This document shows positions 1 to 9,542 of a stretch of DNA of 64,000 bases, one piece after another. Within the stretch, counting starts at the first letter, position 1; each line of letters opens with the position of its first letter. The notes under the pieces were generated by a model. It was not told the DNA's origin. It searched no databases and was given only the letters and a program-made list of their open reading frames with translations. The position numbers and the translations under genes were made by a program. The stretch comes from Candidatus Cloacimonadota bacterium. GTDB taxonomy: Bacteria > Cloacimonadota > Cloacimonadia > Cloacimonadales > WRIO01. The stretch lies in the NCBI GenBank assembly GCA_029564175.1, contig JAKQQL010000474.1, positions 14,120 through 78,119 on the forward strand. The letters are read 5' to 3'.

Positions 1-296
1 TGAAACTGTTTATGAACAGTTTCCAGTGATTTCCCCAGACTTTTTTCGCCCGAATTTTAGAAAGCCCAGATAATGCAAAATTATTAAAAATATTTTATAG
101 TTTCTTAACACCTTATGAACCAACTTCAATTGCTAATTCAATAAGATCAGAAATATTGTTTCTTTCAAAGTTTGGTCATTTTGATGCTTTTCACATCTAT
201 TCAATGACACCACAAGATCGAAGATATTATATTGAAGAATTGAAAAGAATGTTGGATAAATCAGGTGGTCAAAATATTGAAGATGTTGATTTATAA
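1..296 (+). CDS. 3' end of a tail assembly chaperone-like gene pair (two overlapping frames, partial at window edge)
   Basis: Frame 2 is open from the window edge to TAA 71-73. Frame 3 is open 30-296 (ends NIEDVDL, TAA 294-296) but has no plausible start. The frames overlap across a T6 run (41-46). Lies immediately upstream of the tape measure gene. Confidence 0.4.
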
Positions 297-300
297 AATA

Positions 301-327
301 GAGCCTGAAAATAGGCTCTATTTTTTT
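301..327 (+). terminator. Rho-independent terminator
   Basis: GAGCCT (301-306) / AGGCTC (313-318) stem with a 6-nt loop, followed by a T-run (tattttttt). Confidence 0.65.
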
Positions 328-381
328 ATCTTCAAGAAATTAACATAGATAATATCCTCATGTCATAAAAGAGGGGTTTAA

Positions 382-3300
382 ATGGATAAGAAAAATATTC
401 GTAAGGAAGATTTGGAACTTCTTCAATCTATGATGGGAAATAAAAAGAAAGAGCCTTTGCAATACAAGGTTGGTGGCAAAAAAGGTAATGAAAATGAAAA
501 GATTGGAAAAGATGTTGATACTTCCAAATTATTGTCATTTATTGAAAAAACATTGACCAAAGATTTGGTTAAAAAGTTTAAAAAATTAGGAATTGAAACG
601 AATAAAACATACGAAGAATCAATTGAACAAATGGAACTTCTTTTAGAAACGATGGATGAATTATTTTCCATTTCTAAAAAAGGAGCTCCACAATTGGCTT
701 CTGCAGTGGCTTCTCTTGGAAAAGCTCAGAATCAATTAATTCAAAGTGTTGAACAAACTTCCAATTCTTTTAAGAACATGCCAAAATCAATTGGTTCTAG
801 TATTGATATGATTACGAATTCTGTCGGAAAACTTGGCAAGAATTTGAACAACATGAAAAAGAATGCCATTGAATCTTTTGATACTGCTGTTTCAAATAGT
901 ATGAATGCATTGGTTCGTGGAACAAAGAATCTTGCCATGGCAATTCCTGGCGTTAGAATGTTTATTGATATTTCAAAATCCATTGGTGGAATCTTTCAAA
1001 AAATAGGAACAAGTGTTCAAATATTTTCAGGAATGTTTCTTAAATTTGGAAGCAGTCTTTCAAATGGTATTAAGAGTATTGGAAAATTATTTGGTTTTGG
1101 TGGAAAGAAAGATGGAATTGAAAAGCCTGGATTAACAAATGCTACTCCAAAATCATTAAGTGAACAATTCGTATTAAGAAAAACAGAAGTCGGTATGTCA
1201 ATTTTCTGGTTGTGGAAACAAATGGAAGATCAAGGAAGGAAAAAGGAAAAAGGATTTCTTGCTAGTTTATTAGATAATCCTTTTATGTTGGCAATTGCTG
1301 CTATTGCTGGAGCCATATGGGGATTTGCTTTAGGTGCCATCAAATATATTAGAACAATGGGAATGATTCTTAAAGGAATGGGAATTGTAGATTTATTTCT
1401 GTGGCCATTTAAAATAATTAAAAACATTTTTATTTCAACTGTTGAGATTCTTAAAGGAACAGAATGGGGTCAAAAGATAATTGGTTTCTTTAAGAATATT
1501 GGAATTACATTTATGGATAAGTTTGATGATGTTGCCAAAGTTATTAAGAATTTTAAATTGGCAGATAAATTTCCTTTTGTTGGAAAGATTATGGAAATTG
1601 TTAAAGGATTATTTGGGCCAGTCTTTAAAATTTTTAAAGGATTAGGTAATGGCATTTTTAAACTCATTGGTGGAATTGGTAAAATTTTTAGTGGTGGTGT
1701 AGGATTATTTGGTAAAGTTTTCAAAACATTTGCTAGATTTGGTGGAGCCGTCTTTAAGGTTATTGCTTGGCCAATTACTGTTATTATGGGATTGATGGAT
1801 TTCTTTACTGGATTTTCAGATGATAAAGCTGCTGAATTGATAGGGAAATCAAAAGAAAATTTGACAATGTTTGATAAAATAACTTCTGGTGTTTGTAGTG
1901 CTATATCCGGTCTTTTGATTGGATTAATTTCACCAGAAGAAATTTACAATGGATTCAAAAGAGTTTATGATTTTATTGCAGGATTCTTTGGTATTTTTGG
2001 TAATGTCTTGGATTTCTTTGCTGGTAAGATATCTTTTACTGAAATGATTGAAAAAATGGGCAATAACATTAAAAAGATGTGGGATGCTTTTTCTGGTGCT
2101 ATTTCATTTATATTTAATAAGGTCGGTAGCTGGTTGGAAACAATTGCAGGATGGTTGGGTTTTGGCCCTGAATGGAATTCATTTATTACAAGTATTAAAA
2201 GTGCTTGGGATTCAACCGTCGGTGTTATAACAGGCCTTTTTGATTGGATAGTTAATGCTTTCAATTGGATTACAAATTGGTTTACTGGTGAAATGAATAA
2301 TTTAAAAGCTGAAGAACAAATTACAAAAACAACTCTACAAGCTAAACAAGGGAAAGATGGAACATATAATCTCAGAGATGCTGAAGAAGGTAAAGCTTTT
2401 GGCATTGGTGATCAACGATTTATAAAAAGAAATAATGAAATATTTAGAATGGAAGCCTATGAAGTCAATCTTGGCAAAGGTGATAAAGAAACAAGATGGA
2501 CAGAACAATCAACGGGTCTTAAAGTAGACGAACTTGGAAATTTGATAAATGAACAAGGTGTAAAACAATTAGACATTTCTAAAGCTACAGAAGAAAATAT
2601 GGCTGATTTATTGTATCATGCTACAGAAAAGAATTCAATTTATACACATGATACTCATATGGAAGAATTATTAAATATCATGATTAAGAATCAACAAGAA
2701 GATTTACAATTACAATATGAGTCTCAAAAATGGAATGAAGAAAACTTACCATCTTTACTTGGTGCACCAAATATCAATGTTGCTGTTGGTGGGCCAAATA
2801 GTAGCCAAATCAGCACTGTTCCTACTGGCAATGTCAATGTTGGAGATGGTTCTGCTTTGGGTGCTGTCATCGCTAATGAAGGTTGGTATGGTTCTGTTAA
2901 TAAAAATGATAATGGTAAAGGTGCTTCTATTGGTAAATTGCAATGGAACAGTGGAAGGGCTAGAGACATTCTTTTACGTGTTAGGGAAGCTGATAGGGCT
3001 AAATTTGATCAAATGTTGCCACAGGTTGCTGCCTCTTTAGCAAATGAACAATTATGGGCTAGTGGAAAACGTTCTTTTACTACGGCTGAAGCTCAAGCAT
3101 TTAATTCATATATGAAAGATAATACAAAAGCTCAAGCTATTATGGATGCAAAGGCCAGAGAAGATTTTGCTGGTTATATTCAAACAGGTCAAAGACGTGG
3201 CATTACTGATGAAAAGGCACTTGCCTTTTATGCAGACCTTGCTAATCAATATGGTCATGGTAAAGAAGGTGGCACAAAGGGTGCAATTCAATTTATCAAT

Positions 3301-3900
3301 AAAGCTCGTAGAATGCCTGGCGGGTTGACATTAGAAAATCTTTATGAAGCCACAAGAGGAACAGAAACAGAATATTTCAAGAGAAGAACAAAGATGTATG
3401 AAGTATTAAAAAATCTTCCTGCTGGATCAATGATGCCAACAATGGAAACGAATGCTGTTCCAAAAGCTGAATCATTAGATTTAACAAAAATTGTAGAAGG
3501 ATTGGAAACATCTTCTGGCATGGTATTAAATCCAATGGATTCTATAGCTCAAAGAATAATTAGTGAAAAAGGAATGAATACAAATTCGATTCGTGAAATT
3601 TTATCATCAATTCCTCTTTCACAAACACCTCCACAGGGCGATATGAAACAATTATTGAGTTCTCAATTTGAACAAGAGAAAAAATTTAAGGAAGAATTGG
3701 CACAAGCTGTTTCTAGTGGTGTTAAACAATCAATGCCAAAAAAAGAAACGACAGAAGTGCCAACAACAAAGAATACAACACCATCAACAAGTGCTGTAAA
3801 TATGTCATCTCCAACAGATATGAATTTAATTCCAATTTATGTTTTAGACTATTATTTTGGATTAAATATTTCATCTGGTGGCATCAAGTCTGTCATTTAA
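382..3900 (+). CDS. Tail tape measure protein with possible C-terminal lysozyme-like segment
   Basis: 1172 aa. Sits between chaperone-like ORFs and baseplate genes. Coiled-coil-like N-terminus and long Gly/Phe/Ile-rich hydrophobic repeats (e.g. IGGIGKIFSGGVGLFGKVFKTFARFGG). SD GAGGGG upstream of the ATG. Confidence 0.8.
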   Translation: MDKKNIRKEDLELLQSMMGNKKKEPLQYKVGGKKGNENEKIGKDVDTSKLLSFIEKTLTKDLVKKFKKLGIETNKTYEESIEQMELLLETMDELFSISKKGAPQLASAVASLGKAQNQLIQSVEQTSNSFKNMPKSIGSSIDMITNSVGKLGKNLNNMKKNAIESFDTAVSNSMNALVRGTKNLAMAIPGVRMFIDISKSIGGIFQKIGTSVQIFSGMFLKFGSSLSNGIKSIGKLFGFGGKKDGIEKPGLTNATPKSLSEQFVLRKTEVGMSIFWLWKQMEDQGRKKEKGFLASLLDNPFMLAIAAIAGAIWGFALGAIKYIRTMGMILKGMGIVDLFLWPFKIIKNIFISTVEILKGTEWGQKIIGFFKNIGITFMDKFDDVAKVIKNFKLADKFPFVGKIMEIVKGLFGPVFKIFKGLGNGIFKLIGGIGKIFSGGVGLFGKVFKTFARFGGAVFKVIAWPITVIMGLMDFFTGFSDDKAAELIGKSKENLTMFDKITSGVCSAISGLLIGLISPEEIYNGFKRVYDFIAGFFGIFGNVLDFFAGKISFTEMIEKMGNNIKKMWDAFSGAISFIFNKVGSWLETIAGWLGFGPEWNSFITSIKSAWDSTVGVITGLFDWIVNAFNWITNWFTGEMNNLKAEEQITKTTLQAKQGKDGTYNLRDAEEGKAFGIGDQRFIKRNNEIFRMEAYEVNLGKGDKETRWTEQSTGLKVDELGNLINEQGVKQLDISKATEENMADLLYHATEKNSIYTHDTHMEELLNIMIKNQQEDLQLQYESQKWNEENLPSLLGAPNINVAVGGPNSSQISTVPTGNVNVGDGSALGAVIANEGWYGSVNKNDNGKGASIGKLQWNSGRARDILLRVREADRAKFDQMLPQVAASLANEQLWASGKRSFTTAEAQAFNSYMKDNTKAQAIMDAKAREDFAGYIQTGQRRGITDEKALAFYADLANQYGHGKEGGTKGAIQFINKARRMPGGLTLENLYEATRGTETEYFKRRTKMYEVLKNLPAGSMMPTMETNAVPKAESLDLTKIVEGLETSSGMVLNPMDSIAQRIISEKGMNTNSIREILSSIPLSQTPPQGDMKQLLSSQFEQEKKFKEELAQAVSSGVKQSMPKKETTEVPTTKNTTPSTSAVNMSSPTDMNLIPIYVLDYYFGLNISSGGIKSVI

Positions 3901-3913
3901 GGAGTGAGATTAA

Positions 3914-6232
3914 ATGGGCTATAATGAAAAAGACAGAGATATGCCAACTACCCCAATTGTTAAACAACCAGAAAACCCTAGAACAAAAGATGTTGCTGGG
4001 TCAACAAATAAAACAAGTCCTAAGAAACCAGAACCAATTGCAGCTAAACCAGAACAACAAAATCAAAATAAACAATCTCCATCATCAGAAGCTCAGGCTT
4101 CTGGTGGTGGGGGTTCATGGAATCAATTTATTTTTGAAGACCCAACATCAAACAATTTTGGTAATTTTGCTAAGATTACCATTAGTGTTAATCAAACCAT
4201 AACGATGAATTTTCAAACATCTTTATTCAGTGCTTTTACTTCAACAGGTTTGGATGGTTGTAAAATTGAATTACCATTGGACTCATCACAAACTATGAGT
4301 GATAGTGTTTCTGTTTCTTGGGCAAGAAAATCCGATTCTACAACAGTGACACAAGCAGTTGAATATATGACAAATGATGATTCTGTTAATAAAGGAACAC
4401 GGGCATTAGAAAGTGTTGGTATTAGTGGTATGAGTGGGGAATCAATTCGTAGATTTATGACCGAAGATTATAGTATGGGTTCCCTAATGAAATCTATTGA
4501 TGTTCCATTTGTTATTTGGCAAAATAAATCAATGACACCATCAAGGATAAAAGAAGGTTTAGGTTTATTACAAGGATTGATTTATCCCGGATTAATTGGT
4601 TTTATGTATCCACCATCTTTAACATTGAGTGTTGGCAATCTTTATAGAAAAATGAAAGGTAATCTTGCAAGTGTTGATTTACAATTTGATGATGGATGGC
4701 GTTCATTAAATCCAGGCACATCAGGCATCAATTTAAATGATGATGCTTTCCCAATGATAATTAGAGGAAAATTAAAATTTGTAAATCTCTTTATGTATAT
4801 GTGGGACGCTTTGACGGAAGAATTAACACTGAAAGGAAAACCATGGATATTATTTGGTGATGAAAAAGAATCCCACTCTGGTGGATCATCAAATAGTGGT
4901 GGTGGAAGTGGCCAATCAAATGCACCAGACGATAAAAAACTTGGAACACCATCTGATAAGGTTGGTTCAACTTTAGGAAAAGCTGCTCCAACAATGGGAT
5001 TGCCAACTGATGGAAATATGGGCCCAACAGCGATGAATCCAAATATGTTGCCTGGTGATGCCAATTTTGGTAATACTGGAATTGGTGGTGCCTTGAGTGG
5101 AATGACTGGCATAGGTGATAATATTGAAGGAATTCCTGAAATTGGTGGAGGCCTTGATGGAAGTGGTGTGGGTTCTATTTTTGGAGGGGATGATTCTAAC
5201 CCCTTTGGAGCTGGGAATGACCCATTTTCAAAAATCTTTGGTGGTGTCAATGACATTCTGAATGGTGGTATGGCTACAACGTGGGATTTTGCAAATGCTG
5301 TTCAAGGTGGTGGCCTGTTGAATGGTATGATGAATATGGACATGTCATCAATATCTTCTATTCAGGGAAATTTGCCAAATTTAATGAATATGAGTAATGG
5401 TCTTGGAAATTTATTGCCGTCAACATTAAATAATTTTAGTGGAAATTTAGGAATTGGTTCACTTGGACAAATAAGTTCATTTGGTAATTCTGGGGATGTT
5501 TTAAAAAATATTATGGGAAATTTAGATTCAAAAATTAATAATTTGGGAGGTTTGGATAAATTTACATCCAATTTGCAGTCTTCGGGCAGTCTGCCAAAAT
5601 TATTAAATCTCTCATCTGATAATGCTACAATGTTAAAAAATACTCTTCAAATGAGACAAGACTTATCAAAAGTTTCAGGAGTTTTAAAAGATTTGAGCAA
5701 TAATACTTTATTAAAATCAACACCAACATCATCTATTATTAATTCATTAAATGGTGGATTAGAAAATGTTGTTGGACTGATTGACAATATTAAAGATGGA
5801 AAATCGCCTGTAAATCCTTCAGAAGTCAAAAGATTATTGGGAGGAACATTAGCTGCATCAAATAGTTCTGTTAATACTCTTGATAAAGTAGGTTCTATTA
5901 TTGGTCAAACTTGTGAAAAAGTTCAAGAAAATAAAGGATTGGCTCCTGGAGCTGTTATTAAAAATGGTATCGTGTCATCTTTAATGAATGGTTCTGTTGC
6001 AAAAGATACAAAACAAATCGTATCAGCACTTAAAGGAATTTCGACCATTTTGGAAAATTCAAAAGAACAAATCGCTTCAAATAAAGAAGAAAAATTTGTT
6101 TGTCAACAAATTGCTGACACCATAAAAAGAAATGCCAGTAAGATCGAAACAAAAGCAACTTTGGTTGAATCACAATCAAATAATATTTTAAAAAGATCAT
6201 CTGAATTATTTAGAAAAGGACTTGGGGAATAA
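3914..6232 (+). CDS. Tail/baseplate-associated protein, low-complexity (positional analogue of Mu gp43-type protein)
   Basis: 772 aa, SD AAGGAG upstream. The second half is N/G/S/L-rich low complexity. The functional call rests on position only. Confidence 0.35.
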   Translation: MGYNEKDRDMPTTPIVKQPENPRTKDVAGSTNKTSPKKPEPIAAKPEQQNQNKQSPSSEAQASGGGGSWNQFIFEDPTSNNFGNFAKITISVNQTITMNFQTSLFSAFTSTGLDGCKIELPLDSSQTMSDSVSVSWARKSDSTTVTQAVEYMTNDDSVNKGTRALESVGISGMSGESIRRFMTEDYSMGSLMKSIDVPFVIWQNKSMTPSRIKEGLGLLQGLIYPGLIGFMYPPSLTLSVGNLYRKMKGNLASVDLQFDDGWRSLNPGTSGINLNDDAFPMIIRGKLKFVNLFMYMWDALTEELTLKGKPWILFGDEKESHSGGSSNSGGGSGQSNAPDDKKLGTPSDKVGSTLGKAAPTMGLPTDGNMGPTAMNPNMLPGDANFGNTGIGGALSGMTGIGDNIEGIPEIGGGLDGSGVGSIFGGDDSNPFGAGNDPFSKIFGGVNDILNGGMATTWDFANAVQGGGLLNGMMNMDMSSISSIQGNLPNLMNMSNGLGNLLPSTLNNFSGNLGIGSLGQISSFGNSGDVLKNIMGNLDSKINNLGGLDKFTSNLQSSGSLPKLLNLSSDNATMLKNTLQMRQDLSKVSGVLKDLSNNTLLKSTPTSSIINSLNGGLENVVGLIDNIKDGKSPVNPSEVKRLLGGTLAASNSSVNTLDKVGSIIGQTCEKVQENKGLAPGAVIKNGIVSSLMNGSVAKDTKQIVSALKGISTILENSKEQIASNKEEKFVCQQIADTIKRNASKIETKATLVESQSNNILKRSSELFRKGLGE

Positions 6233-6603
6233 TGTGGAGTAAAGACATAAATCCAAAACCTTTAATTATTGTTGATGAATTAGAACATTCAAGAGACGAA
6301 TCTAAACATCATCTTTCGTCTTATTGTAAACGATATAAATTTGAAACTAAAATAAATATGTTTCAGAAATCATTATTTGTGCCAGAATATGTCAATGGAG
6401 AAAAAGCTCATATTGTTTTAAAGGCTGATATTAATAGATTAGATTTAATATCATGGCAATATTATGCCACTCCTGAATTGTGGTGGGTGATTGCAGAAGT
6501 TAATAACATTGACCCATTCGAAATGTTTGAAGGTCAACTTTTAAGAATTTTACCATCACAATATTTGTTGTTGCAAGTTTTAAGATATACAAACAACAAT
6601 TAA
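6232..6603 (+). CDS. LysM-like tail protein (P2 gpX-like)
   Basis: HIVLKADINRLDLISWQYYATPELWWVIAEVNNIDPFEMFEGQLLRILP fits the LysM/gpX pattern. ATG overlaps the upstream stop (TAATG). Confidence 0.55.
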   Translation: MWSKDINPKPLIIVDELEHSRDESKHHLSSYCKRYKFETKINMFQKSLFVPEYVNGEKAHIVLKADINRLDLISWQYYATPELWWVIAEVNNIDPFEMFEGQLLRILPSQYLLLQVLRYTNNN

Positions 6604-6616
6604 AGGAAGATTTTAA

Positions 6617-8395
6617 ATGGCACAAACATCAGATTTACTATTGAAAAAGTTTCAAACATTTATTGAATTTTCATGGTATAAGACAAATGAAGGGGATGAA
6701 ACAAAGGTTGCTGAATTTAAGTATTCATTAACCCAATATTCCCCTTCTGTCTATGCCACGATTGCCTGTTATATTCATGAAAGTTATCTTGAAAAATTTT
6801 CTGACATTGAAAAACTTCCTATTGAACAAAGAAAGGTTGAAATAAATTGTTTGCCTGAATTGTTCAGATGTGGAGATAATAAGAAAATGTTTTCAGGCCC
6901 TTGGAAATTTATTGTTATGAATTATCGAATTACACCAAGGCAGGTTCATTTAAATACCGCTTATGGTCAAAATCCTGAATCCGATGCTATAAAGGGTGGA
7001 AATCATTATTTAGTTGAACTACAATGTTTGGATAAAGTTTTTTATAAAATGTCTATTAATGAAAAGTATAAATCATATCCTGGCAAAATATCTGACAATA
7101 TTTCAAAAATCATTTCTGAAAATGGTGGTAAGCCACAAATAACATCTACTGTTGGTGAATATGATTGGAATCAAACAAGGGAAACTGATTATACTTTTAT
7201 TCGTCGAATGTTGCCTTATGCTAAAGATGGTTCTGGCAATGTTGGATTTGCTTTTTATTGTTATAATGAAGAAGGATTCTTTAAACCAATTGATGAATCA
7301 AAAAAGAATCCGACAAAAATATTTGTTGGTAATAATCCAACAATTGTAGACAATAAACGATCACAAACAATAAAATCATTAATTGAAAAATTTGGAAGTC
7401 TGGATAATCTAAAGATAGTTGGGCCTGGCTTTAGAGATTTTGATGAAAAGAATCCTAAAAAGATGATTACTCAAGCCTATCAAATTGATAAAGTGCCTGG
7501 TCAAATGCATGATACCAAATCAAAAAAGATTATTCAGATTCCAATTGAAAAACAAGAAATGATGGAAACATTTGCTACTTCATTGAGGAAAGCTGTTCAT
7601 AGATTTTCAAGAATCATTCAAGTTGACATTTATCTTGATACTGAAATTACACCATTGTCTTGTATTGAGATTATCAATACTGATAAAGATTATGAAAAAG
7701 AAAAATTGTTGGATGGTCTTTATTATGTAATTGAAGTTTGTCATAGAATTGGACTAGACCCAATGCAACCATTTTTTCCAATGACAAGATTGACATTATC
7801 ATCTGATGTTGATTTTAAAGGAATGAAAACTCCAGAAGGCAAACCATTAGACAAAGAACAATCAAATACATCTTCTAAACCAAAAGAACCAGAAAAACCG
7901 AAGGAGCCAGAGAAACCAAAAGAAGAACCAAAAGAAAAGTCAGAAGAAGATAAAAAGAAAGAGTGTGAGGAAAAGAGAAGAAAAGAAATGAATGGAACTG
8001 AACAAAAATTCAAAAAGCCAATTAAAAGTAAACAAGGTCATACTTATACTTCTATGGCATCAAATGTTCCATTGAAAGGCACAGATTACAATTTTAGTGG
8101 TTGTGTTTCAGATAAAAAGACTGCCAAAGGGAATAATATTTTGGATGGATACCAAACGGATTCATCTGGAAATGTCATGAAAATGTGTGAAGGTGGCACA
8201 ACGCCCCCATGTGTTTATGATGTTCAAACAGGACAATGTACTGATTTTGATGGTAATCCGATTGATAGGCCAGATGATTTAGACCCTTCATATACAAAAG
8301 ATAATCCAAATCTTCAAAATGATTTGAATAAAAAGTATGAAGAATATGAAGATACTTATGAAAAGAAACAATATAAAACACCATGTCCAGATTAA
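6617..8395 (+). CDS. Baseplate hub protein (gpD / Mu gp44-like by position) with K/E/P-rich and Cys-containing C-terminal extension
   Basis: 592 aa between the LysM protein and the spike, as in Mu/P2-like modules. PKEPEKPKEPEKPKEEPKEK linker. No strong motif recognised by eye. Confidence 0.45.
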   Translation: MAQTSDLLLKKFQTFIEFSWYKTNEGDETKVAEFKYSLTQYSPSVYATIACYIHESYLEKFSDIEKLPIEQRKVEINCLPELFRCGDNKKMFSGPWKFIVMNYRITPRQVHLNTAYGQNPESDAIKGGNHYLVELQCLDKVFYKMSINEKYKSYPGKISDNISKIISENGGKPQITSTVGEYDWNQTRETDYTFIRRMLPYAKDGSGNVGFAFYCYNEEGFFKPIDESKKNPTKIFVGNNPTIVDNKRSQTIKSLIEKFGSLDNLKIVGPGFRDFDEKNPKKMITQAYQIDKVPGQMHDTKSKKIIQIPIEKQEMMETFATSLRKAVHRFSRIIQVDIYLDTEITPLSCIEIINTDKDYEKEKLLDGLYYVIEVCHRIGLDPMQPFFPMTRLTLSSDVDFKGMKTPEGKPLDKEQSNTSSKPKEPEKPKEPEKPKEEPKEKSEEDKKKECEEKRRKEMNGTEQKFKKPIKSKQGHTYTSMASNVPLKGTDYNFSGCVSDKKTAKGNNILDGYQTDSSGNVMKMCEGGTTPPCVYDVQTGQCTDFDGNPIDRPDDLDPSYTKDNPNLQNDLNKKYEEYEDTYEKKQYKTPCPD

Positions 8396-8408
8396 AGGAT
8401 GATTGAAA

Positions 8409-8696
8409 ATGAAATATCAAAAATTTGTTAATCATCCCGTTTTTGAAGATGGGATTGAAATTGGCAGATTTACAGGCCATATTTATGAAAATGGTATTAA
8501 AGATGGTGTTGTTTTTAAAATTGTAGAAGATGATGGTGAATGGATTGAACAATATGTCATTATCTATTTGAAAGACAATTTTGAAAGACCATATTATTTA
8601 AGAAATGATAAATGTTATCTTCAATTAACAAATGAAGAAGTAGATTTTATAAAACCATTACACATTAAAGCATTTCTACAATCAAGCAAAAGGTAG
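8409..8696 (+). CDS. Small hypothetical protein in baseplate module
   Basis: ORF 8403-8696. The in-frame ATG at 8409 lies about 10 nt after AAGGA. No recognisable motif. Confidence 0.5.
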   Translation: MKYQKFVNHPVFEDGIEIGRFTGHIYENGIKDGVVFKIVEDDGEWIEQYVIIYLKDNFERPYYLRNDKCYLQLTNEEVDFIKPLHIKAFLQSSKR

Positions 8697-8705
8697 GTGA
8701 TATAA

Positions 8706-9335
8706 TTGCCAAATTTTTATGGTGTCTACGTTGGGAAAGTAGAAGACAACGAAGACCCTCTTAAAATAGGAAGATTGAAAGTAAGAGTGCCTTCCATATT
8801 TGGTGAAGAATCAGAAATACCAACAGATAAATTACCTTGGGCTGATCCAAATTTTCCTTATGGTGGTTCTGATGATGTTGGATTCTTTTTTGTTCCTGAA
8901 AAGGAAGCCACTGTTAATGTTCTCTTTATTGGGGGAGATTCTAATAAACCTGTTTGGATAGGGTGTAATTATTCTCAATTTGAAACTTATGGAACGCCAA
9001 AACCGCCTGGTGAAGCGATGAGTAAATATCCAAAAAGAAAAGTTCTTAAAACAAAAGCTGGATATATTTGTTTTGATGATGAAGAAAAAAGTATTACAAT
9101 CAAATCAGGTGGGAATAGTTCTTATTTTGGTATGTCTGAAAGAGAAATCGAAATTGTTCATGCTTCAGGAGCACATGCCACTATTAAACAAGATGGATCA
9201 ATTGCAATGGAATCTCCAGAACAAATTAGACAACGTGATCCAAATACAAAAGCTCAATGGAATCTCATAAAACAAATTTGTCAGAAATTGGATATTCCAA
9301 CGTCTTCTGCTGAACCATTTAAGGCCAAGACTTGA
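8706..9335 (+). CDS. Baseplate spike protein, gpV / gp5 OB-fold type (N-terminal part if the TGA codons are decoded)
   Basis: GVYVGKVEDNEDPLKIGRLKVRVPSIFGEE...LPWADP matches the P2 gpV / Mu gp45 / T4 gp5 N-terminal signature. TTG start 6 nt after AGGTGA. Ends at TGA 9333-9335. Confidence 0.8.
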   Translation: MPNFYGVYVGKVEDNEDPLKIGRLKVRVPSIFGEESEIPTDKLPWADPNFPYGGSDDVGFFFVPEKEATVNVLFIGGDSNKPVWIGCNYSQFETYGTPKPPGEAMSKYPKRKVLKTKAGYICFDDEEKSITIKSGGNSSYFGMSEREIEIVHASGAHATIKQDGSIAMESPEQIRQRDPNTKAQWNLIKQICQKLDIPTSSAEPFKAKT

Positions 9336-9542
9336 GGGGGCCCAAAAAGCACACCAAGCTGTAAAACCGAAATGCCTAAACCTATTAAATTTACAGGTGG
9401 GTGAGGGGGTTCACCGGGGCAAGTCTTGCCCAATACTGGTGGCGGTTGACCGGCTGGTGGCGTATCCTCTGGATGGGGATATCCAAATGCACCAGAAATT
9501 CCAAAAGGAATTGCAGATAAATCTCAAGAATTAGTAAAAAAT

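Noticed and set aside
4642-5256. 204-aa minus-strand ORF (also 4791-5042) opposite the low-complexity Gly/Asn-rich part of 3914-6232.
   Set aside because: A Pro-rich mirror of a Gly-rich coding repeat, with no start context and against the operon direction.
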